Shown here piece after piece: positions 7,401 to 16,587 of a stretch of 34,729 nucleotides of DNA (its first letter is position 1; the number at the start of each line of letters is the position of its first letter). Source of the stretch: Planctomycetaceae bacterium (GTDB lineage: Bacteria > Planctomycetota > Planctomycetia > Planctomycetales > Planctomycetaceae); contig JAGQQB010000001.1 in NCBI GenBank assembly GCA_020426425.1, forward strand, positions 1 to 34,729, read 5' to 3'. A program made the translations under genes and the position numbers. Below the pieces are notes generated by a model. The model had not been told where the DNA came from and did no database searches. It saw only the letters and a list, made by a program, of their open reading frames with translations.

Positions 7401-9815
7401 CGTGCGCTTGCGAGTTACTGTTGGCGGCAACTGTTCCCAAAGGCGGAACAACAGTTGATGGAGGCCGCGCTGCGAGGTATGGGGCATGTTGCCCGACTGT
7501 TCCCACAGACGCAAGGTCGCGATGAATTGTTACGGCGTCTGCGACGCCTGCTGCAACAGGCGCTCGCCCCCATCGACTCGGAGCTGGAGGTTTCGGCCCC
7601 GCTGATTGATGAAGCGGCACAATACCTGTTCGCGGAATTCACCGGTGGTGATCTCGAACAACGCGGTGACGCGTTCGCCGTCAGCCAGACTGCCGCAGAT
7701 CTGGTGCATGCGTTTCAGGAATATCTGCACACGCACAATGCGGAAGATCGATTTCAGCAATCAGTGAAAGCCCTGGCGGACGATCCACTCGCCGCATGGA
7801 AACTCGCCCAGGCGTGGCTCGATGCGTTCCAGCCTGTGCTCCCTGCAGCGACTCGCGCCGGACTGCACCAGGGATACATCGCGGAAGCCGGTTTGCTCTG
7901 CCTGGAACGAACGCTCGATGAACGTCGGATTCTCTCCGCGACAACGCATCACCAGCTTTCAGGGCTCATCGGATCACACGGCGTGATCGGCGAAGGGGGG
8001 CGGTATGAGTTCGACCTGCATCGCTTCGTCAATCGTCTGCGTCGGTTCGAATCTGAAACACTGCCCGCCTTCGAGCGCTACCATCAACTCAAAGGAGAGT
8101 TGGTTGACCGCGCCCGAGCCGCGATGAAGCTGTCCGAGTTCCAACCAAGAGTGCTTTCTTCATTCGTGCGGAATCGCCTGATTGACGAAGTCTACCTGCC
8201 GCTGATTGGAGACAATCTCGCCAAGCAGATTGGCACAGCGGGCGACGCGAAGCGAACCGATCGACAGGGACTACTCCTGCTCATCTCCCCACCGGGTTAC
8301 GGCAAGACGACACTGATGGAGTACATCGCGAATCGGCTCGGGATTATCTTCGTGAAAGTGAACGGCCCGGCGCTGGGGCATCAGGTAACGTCACTTGACC
8401 CCGCTGCCGCCCCGAACGCAGGAGCACGGGAAGAGATCGAGAAGCTCAACCTCGCGCTGGAAATGGGCGACAACGTCATGCTGTATCTGGACGACATTCA
8501 GCACTGTCATCCGGAGTTCCTGCAGAAGTTCATTTCGCTATGCGATGCCCAGCGGAAGATTGAAGGGGTGTGGAAGGGGCAAACCCGCACTTACGACTTC
8601 CGCGGCAAGAAAGTCGCCGTGGTTATGGCGGGCAATCCTTACACAGAGAGCGGCGAGAAGTTCCAGATTCCCGACATGCTTGCCAACCGCGCAGATATCT
8701 ACAACCTGGGCGAGATCATTGGGGAGACGCGCGAAGCGTTCGAGATGAGTTATCTGGAGAACGCTCTGACCTCGAATCCCATCCTGGCAAAATTGGCGGC
8801 CCGGTCACAACAGGATGTCTATGCGGTGATCAAACTCGCGGAGCAGGAGCGCCGCCGCGAATCGGCGGGACCGCTGAACATGCAAGGGATCGATTTCGAG
8901 GGAAGCTACTCGATGGAGGAACTGGGTGAGTTTGTCGCCACCATGACCCGCCTGATGCGTGTGCGCGATGTGGTCCTGCAGGTGAATCGCGAATACATTG
9001 CCTCCGCCGCGCAGCACGACGACTACCGAACCGAACCCCCATTCCTGCTGCAGGGCTCATACCGCAATATGAACCGCATCGGCGAGAAGGTCCTTCCGGT
9101 GATGAATGCGACGGAACTTGAAACGCTGATTGGCAGCAGCTACCAGAACGATGCCCAGACGCTGACCTCCGGTACCGAAGCGAATCTACTCAAGTTCAAG
9201 GAACTGCTCGGTACATTGACTGCCGACGAACAGACCCGCTGGGACCAGATTCGCCGGACATACCAGCAAAACGTCAAACTGCGTGGACTCAGTGCCGATG
9301 ACCATGTCGGCCAGGTGATTGCGACGCTCATGACTTTTTCTGATGGTCTGAACTCCATTCGCGAAGCGCTGCAATCGGGTGTGCAACGACTCTCTGCAGA
9401 TCGTAGTTCGGCGCAGGCGCAGGCGATTCAGTCGCAGTTAGCGGGAATGACCGAGCAACTGACGCAGGGACTCGATCGACTGACAGAGGCGGCGCGGCAG
9501 TCTGCTGAAGCGGCGATGCACAGACCATCGCGGGCCGGTTTGCCAAGTCCGCCGACCAACGATGCCGAGACCAGCGTCGATGCCGCCGGCCGATTGACGA
9601 TCGTGAACCGCATTCCGCGCACGGTCCTGAATGTGATGGAAACACAATTCGACCTGATGCAGAACTGGCTCCGGCCACTCAGTGAGATGACCACACGCCA
9701 GACCGCAGACCTTGAAAGCCTGCGTCCCATGGTCGAAGAGTGCCTGCAACACTACCGCGTGTTGTTGCGGAAGTTGGAGGAGGCGCACGAACGAGAATCT
9801 TCGGAAGATGAATGA
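4440..9815 (+). CDS. giant (1,791 aa) AAA+ ATPase of the MoxR/dynein-like clade with beta-rich N-domain and long coiled-coil region; function unknown
   Basis: Single uninterrupted ORF. Walker A is LLLISPPGYGKTTL (GYGKT at 8295-8309, Lys about residue 1289). Walker B is VMLYLDD (DD at 8490-8495). VVMAGNPYTESGEKFQIPDMLANRADIY resembles the MoxR/AAA_5 pattern (xxATxNP....G...LP.A.L.RF). Residues 1 to about 440 are strand-rich, and about 440-1260 and 1480-1791 are heptad-like helical. Confidence 0.9.
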   Translation: MVDSPSAPASPSQLEGGTYEILRQRLATHASDLRDRLDQLNEQRKSVFGSIDLRLLTTERITTDHNCVPRDMVAIGHRLLFGYNVHFGLKTERNIEDVFAIYRYDETERQLHVDGLDLLRDERFLKDFQEVYRYYKNATFSKFFVTRTHLYMVFQVGKAATDIKTFKWAITPDGLAYLDNRSDHEVRYPPQHEFSWIRTTRDMHRPGLHPHVSIEDRIFVETVGGDLTIKVENNTESGAGIYSEPVDDPDQTLDDADISYAVVGNCILLKVRPYQEQANRFIVYNQKIAQARRIDALRDACVLLPDDHGLIFSNGYYLQTGEHKMFESDMRGLLFERRIVSPNGEDTLFVFYQPETGVYVLLGYNVIRQQVETPIVCHGFTMFHGGEMILIKSPDQPQKHHAIQLWQTPYVGADYVPEQTTDSYLYKIGNRDIVRGMSECHELLSLIDQDDSYSGLYIDLVRQSTDILDSFFWIHEETAGNLGVALTEVRAAAKAAVDEFEKVTRVRRNTAEQTSKVSTATRETLNAVGRRRFDRVEEFVQSLANLRKLRGEVIALRDLRYVDEELIAGLEQQISASSDQLSHRCVEFLLQDDALQPYEQRIDEQQTQIGKLQKVAEARVLDEQISASGHELELLIEIVSNLKIDDATQRTRIIDNISAIFSRVNTARASLKRRRSELASTEGAAEFSSQLKLLSQSVVSSLDVCDTPEKCEEYLTRLMVQIEELEGKFAEFDDFLLQLVEKREDVSGAFESRRMQLVEQRNRRANSLAQAADRILKGIRSRVSALESIQEIHGYFAADLMVDKVRDLIGQLTELDDSVKAEDIQSRLKTIREDAVRQLKDRQELFEEGASILRFGQHRFSVNTQLLDLTTVLRDDRLHLHLTGTEFYEPLDKTELNETRPVWGMEVCSENADVYRAEYLAYRMFRELGNAIDLAESNVLAAVQQFMAPRYVEGYTKGVHDHDAALLIRALCESDQHAGLLRYSPQARALASYCWRQLFPKAEQQLMEAALRGMGHVARLFPQTQGRDELLRRLRRLLQQALAPIDSELEVSAPLIDEAAQYLFAEFTGGDLEQRGDAFAVSQTAADLVHAFQEYLHTHNAEDRFQQSVKALADDPLAAWKLAQAWLDAFQPVLPAATRAGLHQGYIAEAGLLCLERTLDERRILSATTHHQLSGLIGSHGVIGEGGRYEFDLHRFVNRLRRFESETLPAFERYHQLKGELVDRARAAMKLSEFQPRVLSSFVRNRLIDEVYLPLIGDNLAKQIGTAGDAKRTDRQGLLLLISPPGYGKTTLMEYIANRLGIIFVKVNGPALGHQVTSLDPAAAPNAGAREEIEKLNLALEMGDNVMLYLDDIQHCHPEFLQKFISLCDAQRKIEGVWKGQTRTYDFRGKKVAVVMAGNPYTESGEKFQIPDMLANRADIYNLGEIIGETREAFEMSYLENALTSNPILAKLAARSQQDVYAVIKLAEQERRRESAGPLNMQGIDFEGSYSMEELGEFVATMTRLMRVRDVVLQVNREYIASAAQHDDYRTEPPFLLQGSYRNMNRIGEKVLPVMNATELETLIGSSYQNDAQTLTSGTEANLLKFKELLGTLTADEQTRWDQIRRTYQQNVKLRGLSADDHVGQVIATLMTFSDGLNSIREALQSGVQRLSADRSSAQAQAIQSQLAGMTEQLTQGLDRLTEAARQSAEAAMHRPSRAGLPSPPTNDAETSVDAAGRLTIVNRIPRTVLNVMETQFDLMQNWLRPLSEMTTRQTADLESLRPMVEECLQHYRVLLRKLEEAHERESSEDE

Positions 9816-9882
9816 GGAACTCGCCGACCGTGGGTGCAGCTTGCGAATTGTCATTCAGTCAGCGCATTTGCAATCTACGCCA

Positions 9883-9915
9883 GTCTCAGCACGATGCTTT
9901 GAATCGTGCTGAGAC
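9883..9915. terminator. perfect 13-bp hairpin (GTCTCAGCACGAT-gctttga-ATCGTGCTGAGAC) between convergent genes; no U-tract
   Basis: The arms at 9883-9895 and 9903-9915 are exact reverse complements with a 7-nt loop. It lies 68 nt after the ATPase stop and downstream of the minus-strand heme-protein gene. The missing T-run lowers confidence that it is an intrinsic terminator. Confidence 0.45.
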
Positions 9916-10078
9916 CTTCCAGGGCGTCAATCGACGAATACACGTTCGCCAATCGAGTTGGACTCAACCCGACTCAGAAACTCGGGTGACACGGTCTCGA
10001 ACTGCACGACGAATCGCAACGTGTGTCCCTTACTGACCACACCGCCGTGAACGCGTAGGATCGCAGAGCGATCCACGA

Positions 10079-13000
10079 CTATCGACTCGCCTGCTGGCCT
10101 TTGAACATCGGATCGTTTCGGTTGCCGCGGGACAACAGGTACGCCATCAGGTCCAGAATCTCGTCTTCGTTAAGAGTGTTGAGCAGGCCGTTGGGCATCA
10201 TCGACACTGGAGAGGCTTTCATCTCTTCAATCTGCTTACGGTCCACACTTGCCAACTCGTTTGGATCGAGCATGTTCGTGTTGATCTTCAGCGAGTCCCC
10301 GGCCAGATTCATAATGCGTCCGACGACGACTTTCCCATCGAGTGTGAGAATCTGCACGGCAGCGTACTGATCGCTGATGACCTTGCTCGGATTCGTGATC
10401 GCTTCCAGGAGATACTTGCGGTCGAACCGTCCCGCGACTCCCGAGAGGTCGGGACCGACCGCCCCGCCCGTGTTGTCGAAGCGGTGGCATCCAAAGCAGT
10501 TGGCCGCAGCGAACATCTTCCGGCCATTTTCGAAATTGCGATTCTTGAGTTGTTCGACTTTGGGAAGCAGTTCGTCGAGTGTCCATTCTTTGACGAACGG
10601 ACGCGGGGCCGCAGAGAGCGGCGTGACGAGTCCTTCGGGCTTCTTGTCGAGGATCGGTTGCAGCACGACCTTCTCTTCGTCGGACAGGAGCGCAACGGCA
10701 TCCTTCTTCATCTCATCGACAAACATCGTGAAGCTTGCTCCGCCACGATAGCCAGCTGCGCGGACGTACCATTCGAAGTAGCGGGCCTGCAGTTCCGGAG
10801 TCCAGCCGGTCCGCAAATGGCGCAGGGACTTGGCGAATGAGATCTGCTCTTCCTGCGTTGGCGCAGCTTCCAGCAGCGCGACCCCTTTCTCTGCCGCCTG
10901 TGCGCTTTGCAGGAAGATCAGGATGTCGAGCAGCATGTTGTCGTACTCGAACCGACCATGTGGCAATCGCGGTTCCAGTGCCGCAACGACACCATCCCGC
11001 AGTTCCTGAATCGGCATGTCGAACCTCAGCAACGCCAACTGGATGATCCGTAGTGACTGCAGCGACTGCTCATAGGTGAACTCGTTGTCACGATCCAGGC
11101 GATCCAGCGTTTCCAGGATCGCCACCTGCAACAACCGCTGATCGTTGGCACTCCCGTCGGCGGGCGGGTACTCCGTGGGCGACGGGGTGTCGACCGCTTC
11201 ACCTGGCTTCTTGCCTGCGCGTTCCTGTGTGCGGACCAGGGCAAGCAGCGCCTCGAGTGCGGTCGTGAGATGCGGTTCGGCAATCGCTTTCGCCGCCCAC
11301 TCTTCGCGTGGACGATGTTCGATCGCCACTCGGGCGGCGGTACGAATCGTCCGATCAGGATGCGACAGATACGGCCACGCGACTTCAACCGCTTCAGGGT
11401 GATCGCCAAGATGCAGTTCTTCCAACCGGCGTCGGAGCTTGCGATCATCCGCACCGGCGGTGTTGGCGGCATCGACCGGTTCGGTTGGCTCTGCCCCGGT
11501 GTAGGTCACCTTATACAACCCCGACTGCACGCGGCGTCCACCGATCGCAAAGTACATCGCGCCATCGTGTGGGTTGATCACAATGTCCGTCAGCGGCAAT
11601 GGTGTGCCGGTGATGAACTCCTCGAACTTGGCAGAGTAGCTCCCACCCTGCGGTTGCAGATGCACAGCATACAGTTTGCCATAACTCCAGTCATTGATGA
11701 AGAACGCCTGCTGGTACTTGGCAGGGAACTTCGCTCCGTAACCAAACGTCACTCCGGTTGGTGATCCGGGACCAATGTTGACGACCGGCGCTGGAGTATC
11801 GGCGAAGTACTCGGGGAACTTCGCACTGCCATTTCGCCACCCGTAATCGACCCCGCTGAGCACCTGGCATACACGCGTGGGGCGATACCAGGGGGTGTTC
11901 ATGTCCCATTCCATGTCGGCGTCATAGGTAAACAGTTCGCCATCGGCGTTGAATGCGGCGTCGTACTGGTTGCGGAAGCCGACGGTGATCAATTCCCAAT
12001 GCTTGCCATCGGGATCAATTTTGCTGACATACCCCCCAGGCGCCGGAACGCCTTTCATAAAACCTCGCCCATACACACGGGGCAGCATGTGGTCTTCATC
12101 CCACAGCTTGGGCACGCGCGACGCTGTGAATTCTGTGAGGTTCGTCTTATTGCCACACACCACGTAGAGCGATTCTCCGTCTGGGCTGAGCAGCACGGCA
12201 TGGGGACCGTGTTCGCCACCAGTGCCAGGCAGCAGTCGCAGCGTTTCGAGCGCGTCGAGTTGATCATCGCCATCGGTATCGCGCACTCGGTACAGGCCGC
12301 TCTCGTACTTCTGACCTTTGTTGACGACGACATACAAACTGTCGAAAGCCCAGAGCAAGCCCTGCGCCTCGCCGATGTCGACAGGGATCGGTTCGATCTG
12401 AATTTCTGTCGCCCCTTGGATTCCCGGCGGGGTGATTCGAAAGAGTCCGCCATATTGGTCGCAAGCAATTAGTCGCCCCTTGGGATCCACGCACATGCTG
12501 ACCCAGGAGCCTTCCTCGGTCATTGGAACCGAGTGGAGCAGATCGACCTGAAACCCCTTAGCGATGATCATGTGATCGATCGGCGTCGCCTCAGGCTGTT
12601 TGAGATTGCCAACTGCCAGCAGTTGTTCATCGGTCAGCTTCCATGGTTCCCCGCCAATCTCGCCAACCACATCGACCTTCCGCCAGTCGTCTCCCGGCTT
12701 GAAGTCGACCTGTTGCCAACCTTTGGCCGCCTTGGTCGCTCCGAGCCAAGAGGCATCAGAGACTTCGGCCCACGTATCGCGCCAGCCGGATTCCAACACG
12801 AGCTTGAGTAACACACCGGCCGCCGACTTGCTGTTCTCCGCCGCGACGGCGATGACATGTTTTCCTCCCGGAGTTTCCCGCTCCAGTTGCTTGGTGATGT
12901 CCATGAACGCGGGTTTGCCCCAGTTGGCATGCTTGAGCACTTGCTGCCCATCGACGAAGACCGTCAGGCGGTCATCGGCAGTGGCGTACAGACGTCCCGA

Positions 13001-13210
13001 GGCAATCGCTCCCTGAATCGTGATCTCCTTGCGCAGGAAGACCTTGCCCGCCGGCGTGTCGCCTTCGTTCAGCCAGATCCAGGAGGGTTTCGCCAGCTCC
13101 GGCCGAGGCTTCTTTTCTTTCTTCCCCTGTGCGAGACCGACAGCAGTCGTTAGCGTCAGAGCGAGTCCCAGGACGATGTTCAAACCACGGCGCATCGGTT
13201 GTGTGTTCAT
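10079..13210 (-). CDS. PVC-type heme-binding CxxCH protein (membrane-bound dehydrogenase-like beta-propeller + HEAT-like repeats + C-terminal cytochrome c domain)
   Basis: C-terminal ANCFGCHRF (CFGCH encoded at 10484-10498), then [20 protein letters not shown] and the [11 protein letters not shown] Met ligand region. This is typical of the Pirellula/Verrucomicrobium heme-binding domain. The central region resembles glucose/sorbosone dehydrogenase-type propellers. The longest ORF starts at 13261, but the signal peptide [29 protein letters not shown] begins at ATG 13210 (alternative 13195). Confidence 0.9.
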   Translation of the reverse strand: MNTQPMRRGLNIVLGLALTLTTAVGLAQGKKEKKPRPELAKPSWIWLNEGDTPAGKVFLRKEITIQGAIASGRLYATADDRLTVFVDGQQVLKHANWGKPAFMDITKQLERETPGGKHVIAVAAENSKSAAGVLLKLVLESGWRDTWAEVSDASWLGATKAAKGWQQVDFKPGDDWRKVDVVGEIGGEPWKLTDEQLLAVGNLKQPEATPIDHMIIAKGFQVDLLHSVPMTEEGSWVSMCVDPKGRLIACDQYGGLFRITPPGIQGATEIQIEPIPVDIGEAQGLLWAFDSLYVVVNKGQKYESGLYRVRDTDGDDQLDALETLRLLPGTGGEHGPHAVLLSPDGESLYVVCGNKTNLTEFTASRVPKLWDEDHMLPRVYGRGFMKGVPAPGGYVSKIDPDGKHWELITVGFRNQYDAAFNADGELFTYDADMEWDMNTPWYRPTRVCQVLSGVDYGWRNGSAKFPEYFADTPAPVVNIGPGSPTGVTFGYGAKFPAKYQQAFFINDWSYGKLYAVHLQPQGGSYSAKFEEFITGTPLPLTDIVINPHDGAMYFAIGGRRVQSGLYKVTYTGAEPTEPVDAANTAGADDRKLRRRLEELHLGDHPEAVEVAWPYLSHPDRTIRTAARVAIEHRPREEWAAKAIAEPHLTTALEALLALVRTQERAGKKPGEAVDTPSPTEYPPADGSANDQRLLQVAILETLDRLDRDNEFTYEQSLQSLRIIQLALLRFDMPIQELRDGVVAALEPRLPHGRFEYDNMLLDILIFLQSAQAAEKGVALLEAAPTQEEQISFAKSLRHLRTGWTPELQARYFEWYVRAAGYRGGASFTMFVDEMKKDAVALLSDEEKVVLQPILDKKPEGLVTPLSAAPRPFVKEWTLDELLPKVEQLKNRNFENGRKMFAAANCFGCHRFDNTGGAVGPDLSGVAGRFDRKYLLEAITNPSKVISDQYAAVQILTLDGKVVVGRIMNLAGDSLKINTNMLDPNELASVDRKQIEEMKASPVSMMPNGLLNTLNEDEILDLMAYLLSRGNRNDPMFKGQQASR

Positions 13211-13366
13211 CAGCAAAGTGCATCTTGAAAGCAGGAGACGGTGCGACCGCTGGGCCGCCAAATTTGAGCGAATATGCTAACAGAGACGCCTGCCTGCGGC
13301 AAAAGCGTGGGCACTTTCGCCGGAGTTGCGTGCGTCGTGAAGTCCGCGTTGTACTGTGAATCGATC

Positions 13367-16321
13367 CTACCGCCGCACGAACAGCCAGTAGATCACTCCC
13401 AGCAAGAGGAGATTGACCCCGATCAGAATCCACAGGCGACGGTTCAACCAGGGTTGCTCCGCAGGCACAACTCCGCCAGGGACAAGATTGGGGATTTGTT
13501 GGCGGGGGCGTTTCGGTGTCAGTTTTGCCAGCAGCGGGCTGTTGAGGAACTCGGTGTGCGACACCATATTGTCGCCATCGACATCGGAACTGAGGAGAGC
13601 TTCCTCAATCTTGGCGGCAAACGCTTGCGCTTTGGCCCACTCCTCAGATTGCGGATCGGCACTCGCCGCCGTCCGACGACGGGTCAGTTCCTCTGAGCTG
13701 AGCCGCTGGTCATTGTTCTCATCGAAGTATTCAAAGAGGCGGTCCGGTGGTAGTTCGTTGATCTTCGTCTTGAATCGCCGTTCGGCAAAAGAGAGTTCGC
13801 CATCGTGATTTGTGTCCCATTGCCGGAAAGCCCACAACCGGTATCCATGGGCCAAGAGCGGTTCGTATTCGTTCGCAACCCCCCCGGCAATGAACTCGGC
13901 GGCACTCAGACGCCCATCGATGCTGCTGTCGACCGGGTCGCTCCAGTCATCCACAGGATTCGTCAATGGGCATCCGCAAAACTCCCGAAAGCTCAACTTG
14001 CCATCGCCATCGTCATCGAAGGCAGGGATCAACCGATCTGCGTAACGTCGAAACCAGTCGGGAGGATCGTGTGTGAGTTCACTGAGACTCACTTGAGCAT
14101 CGAGATCAGTGTCCAGCTGCAGAAACGTACGCAGTGGATCCGACCAGAACACACTCCCTTGCAGCAGTTCCGGCAAAGTGAGGACTTGATCGCCATTGAC
14201 ATCGATCCGTTCGCACCAGGCGTGCAACTTCTCACCTGGAATCCCGCCCTTCTTTGCAGCGGTTGCATACGACAACCCGGCACTGCCAGCTTCCAAGCCA
14301 TTGAAGTAGTTCCGAACCGAAAACCGCAGACCCACGGGAGAACGCAGCGATGGTCCTTTCAATCCGGCTCGCAGGCCATAGAGCACCTCGAGACCATTTC
14401 GCAGTTCGTCCACGGTGACCGCCTCGTCGGAATTGATGTCGAGTTGTCCGAGATCCAACCTTGGGGGGACCGCGCTCATCTCTTCCGGGACGGGATACTC
14501 GCCCTGGTACTTCCATTCATCGGGCGACCACTGGGAGTCGTGGTTGGTGTCCAGTGGGCGGAGCAACTTGACCCACTGCTCGAGCAATTCCGGAATGCGG
14601 TCGGCGACTGGATCCGGGAATCGACCTCGCAATCGTTCATTGTTGTTGCGTGGTAAGGACAGGAACTCCTCAAAGTTCAAGCCGGCACTTTGGTCGAAAT
14701 CGAGGACCGTGAGTTGCTGCCGCAGTACGTCCGGACGCTCATCCGTCTGAGCGACAATCAACTCCGCTTCGCTGACTTCGCCATCCATGTTGCGATCTGC
14801 GTCCCGGAACTGATTCCAGAGAACCCGACCATGCTGCCGCCACAACTGGACCGTATCTTGAAGGGCCACGGCGGGAATGAGTTCATCTGCCGCAAGTACC
14901 TCGTCGTGGTTCACGTCCACTTCCCCAAACAACGGGCGGAACCAGGAAAGCATTGGCACCTGGGGATCGGGACCAGGGAGTCCGAAGGCCTCGTCAAACG
15001 TCACGTGACCATCGTCGTTCAGATCGAGTGAGGTGGCGAGTGCTGCGGGCTGAACTTCCACCCGGCGCACTTTGAACGGCAGTTCCGCCTGAGCGAGTGA
15101 CTCGGGTTCGTCATCCGTTTGCAGTGCATCGAACATCCAGCGCGCCTGGGCCATTACCAGTTCGACTTCGGCGGCGACTGCACCATCGGGAATGGACTGG
15201 ACCAGGAACTCAGGCCAGGTCAGCTTCAGATCATTGTCTTCGTCTGAGTACGCACGAAACCAGTCACCCAGCGTGAGTCCCCAGGCTGAGCCCAAATACT
15301 CCGTCAACGAGAGTTGGCCGTCGTGATTGCGGTCGGCGGCGTGAAAGTAGAAAGCGAAGTTGCGTTGTTCCCATTTGGGTGCCTTTTGCCGGACTTCCTC
15401 GGCGGACAACAGCCCATCACCCGCCTGGCCATTCACGCCGACATCCCACTTCGCAAAGTCGCTCACCAGATCTTGCCGTAAGATCGCGTTGCTGGCGGCT
15501 TCGGCGAACGAGAGTTGCCCATCCTCATCCTTGTCCGCCCGGCCAAACAGCGCCGCTCCTTTCTCCGGTCCCCCCCAGAACTCGGGCACAAACTCTTCAC
15601 GCGAGAGCAACCGATTCTGGTCCACGTCCCACTTCAGCCATTTCTTCCAGTTGAACGCTTCGCCGCCATTCCGCAGATTCGCTTCACCCGCGCGCAGTCC
15701 GTAGATCGCGAGCAGCCGCTGTTCGACTTCGAGGCTCGTCACCGTTTGATCGGCGTTGCGATCCCAACCCGCGATCGGCTGCCAGGGAATCCAGTTTGGC
15801 AGTCCATCCGGGGGGGCGAGCGACGCCCATTCCGCAGGATCCAGATGCCCACTCTGATCAATGTCGGCGGCGGCGATCATGTCGACGGACTGCTTGATGA
15901 TCGCGTTCGCTCTGCGCTGCATTGGATCGGGAATCGACGCACGGTCTTTCGCACGCTCAAAGGCACGGTGCAGCCGCCACTCGTTGAAGGTGAGATCGCC
16001 CGATCGATCCGCATCACATATCCGCATTCGCTGTGTCTGTTCAGCGATGGATTCCGGAGGGATCTCAACCAGCAGTTCACTTAGTTCGACCCCTCCACTC
16101 TCGTTGCGATCCAGTTCACGAAAGACCTTCCGTAGCGACTGTGTTTTCTTCTGCTCGGCGGAGAGAATTCTGATCCGGTGTGGCAGGGGAACCGGAGGCG
16201 GGGAGTGTGTGTTGACTACCGGAATGATTGTCGAGAGGACGCGAGAATCGTCCGCGTGAAGCTCGTGCGCTGCGGAGTTTGCGAACGCAAGCAGCAGCAT
16301 GCCAGTCAGCAACAGACGCAT
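13367..16321 (-). CDS. secreted poly-EF-hand calcium-binding protein (about 22 EF-hand-type loops) with C-terminal TM anchor
   Basis: I count 21 canonical 12-residue D-x-[DN]-x-[DNS]-x6-E loops plus one irregular loop, for example DADRSGDLTFNE, DKDEDGQLSFAE, DRNHDGQLSLTE, DDDGDGKLSFRE and DTNHDGELSFAE. The signal peptide MRLLLTGMLLLAFANSAAHE starts at internal ATG 16321 (longest ORF starts 16483). The C-terminal helix is LWILIGVNLLLLGVIYWLFVRR. Confidence 0.85.
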   Translation of the reverse strand: MRLLLTGMLLLAFANSAAHELHADDSRVLSTIIPVVNTHSPPPVPLPHRIRILSAEQKKTQSLRKVFRELDRNESGGVELSELLVEIPPESIAEQTQRMRICDADRSGDLTFNEWRLHRAFERAKDRASIPDPMQRRANAIIKQSVDMIAAADIDQSGHLDPAEWASLAPPDGLPNWIPWQPIAGWDRNADQTVTSLEVEQRLLAIYGLRAGEANLRNGGEAFNWKKWLKWDVDQNRLLSREEFVPEFWGGPEKGAALFGRADKDEDGQLSFAEAASNAILRQDLVSDFAKWDVGVNGQAGDGLLSAEEVRQKAPKWEQRNFAFYFHAADRNHDGQLSLTEYLGSAWGLTLGDWFRAYSDEDNDLKLTWPEFLVQSIPDGAVAAEVELVMAQARWMFDALQTDDEPESLAQAELPFKVRRVEVQPAALATSLDLNDDGHVTFDEAFGLPGPDPQVPMLSWFRPLFGEVDVNHDEVLAADELIPAVALQDTVQLWRQHGRVLWNQFRDADRNMDGEVSEAELIVAQTDERPDVLRQQLTVLDFDQSAGLNFEEFLSLPRNNNERLRGRFPDPVADRIPELLEQWVKLLRPLDTNHDSQWSPDEWKYQGEYPVPEEMSAVPPRLDLGQLDINSDEAVTVDELRNGLEVLYGLRAGLKGPSLRSPVGLRFSVRNYFNGLEAGSAGLSYATAAKKGGIPGEKLHAWCERIDVNGDQVLTLPELLQGSVFWSDPLRTFLQLDTDLDAQVSLSELTHDPPDWFRRYADRLIPAFDDDGDGKLSFREFCGCPLTNPVDDWSDPVDSSIDGRLSAAEFIAGGVANEYEPLLAHGYRLWAFRQWDTNHDGELSFAERRFKTKINELPPDRLFEYFDENNDQRLSSEELTRRRTAASADPQSEEWAKAQAFAAKIEEALLSSDVDGDNMVSHTEFLNSPLLAKLTPKRPRQQIPNLVPGGVVPAEQPWLNRRLWILIGVNLLLLGVIYWLFVRR

Positions 16322-16587
16322 CTTCGGGGCCCTTTGGGTTTCGTCGAGTTCGAGAAGTTGCCGTCCACCCTGGCTCGCGTCGGCGGAATCTGCCGCAGTC
16401 GACCGAGTTGAGTCGATCGACAACAGCCGCGATTCTGACGGTTTGCCTACGCAACTTGAAGCTTTTTTCCAGCAGCCGAACATTTTTTTATGACGGAGTC
16501 CGGATTGTGACGATGAGACAGAAGAGGTGAACTGCCGTGACCATGTGGCTGCGCGCCGATTGCTGACTCAGCACTGTCGAGACTTCG

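Noticed and set aside
9812-10036. 74-aa plus-strand ORF whose ATG overlaps the giant ATPase stop (ATGA)
   Set aside because: The peptide is Arg/Ser/Thr-rich, third positions are not G/C-enriched, and it reads straight through the 13-bp hairpin. The overlap is probably coincidental.
13367-13470. PEP-CTERM/exosortase-type sorting signal at the C-terminus of the large EF-hand protein
   Set aside because: The helix-plus-RR ending is suggestive, but there is no PEP motif immediately before the helix (the sequence is VPAEQPWLNRR). No exosortase gene is in the window.
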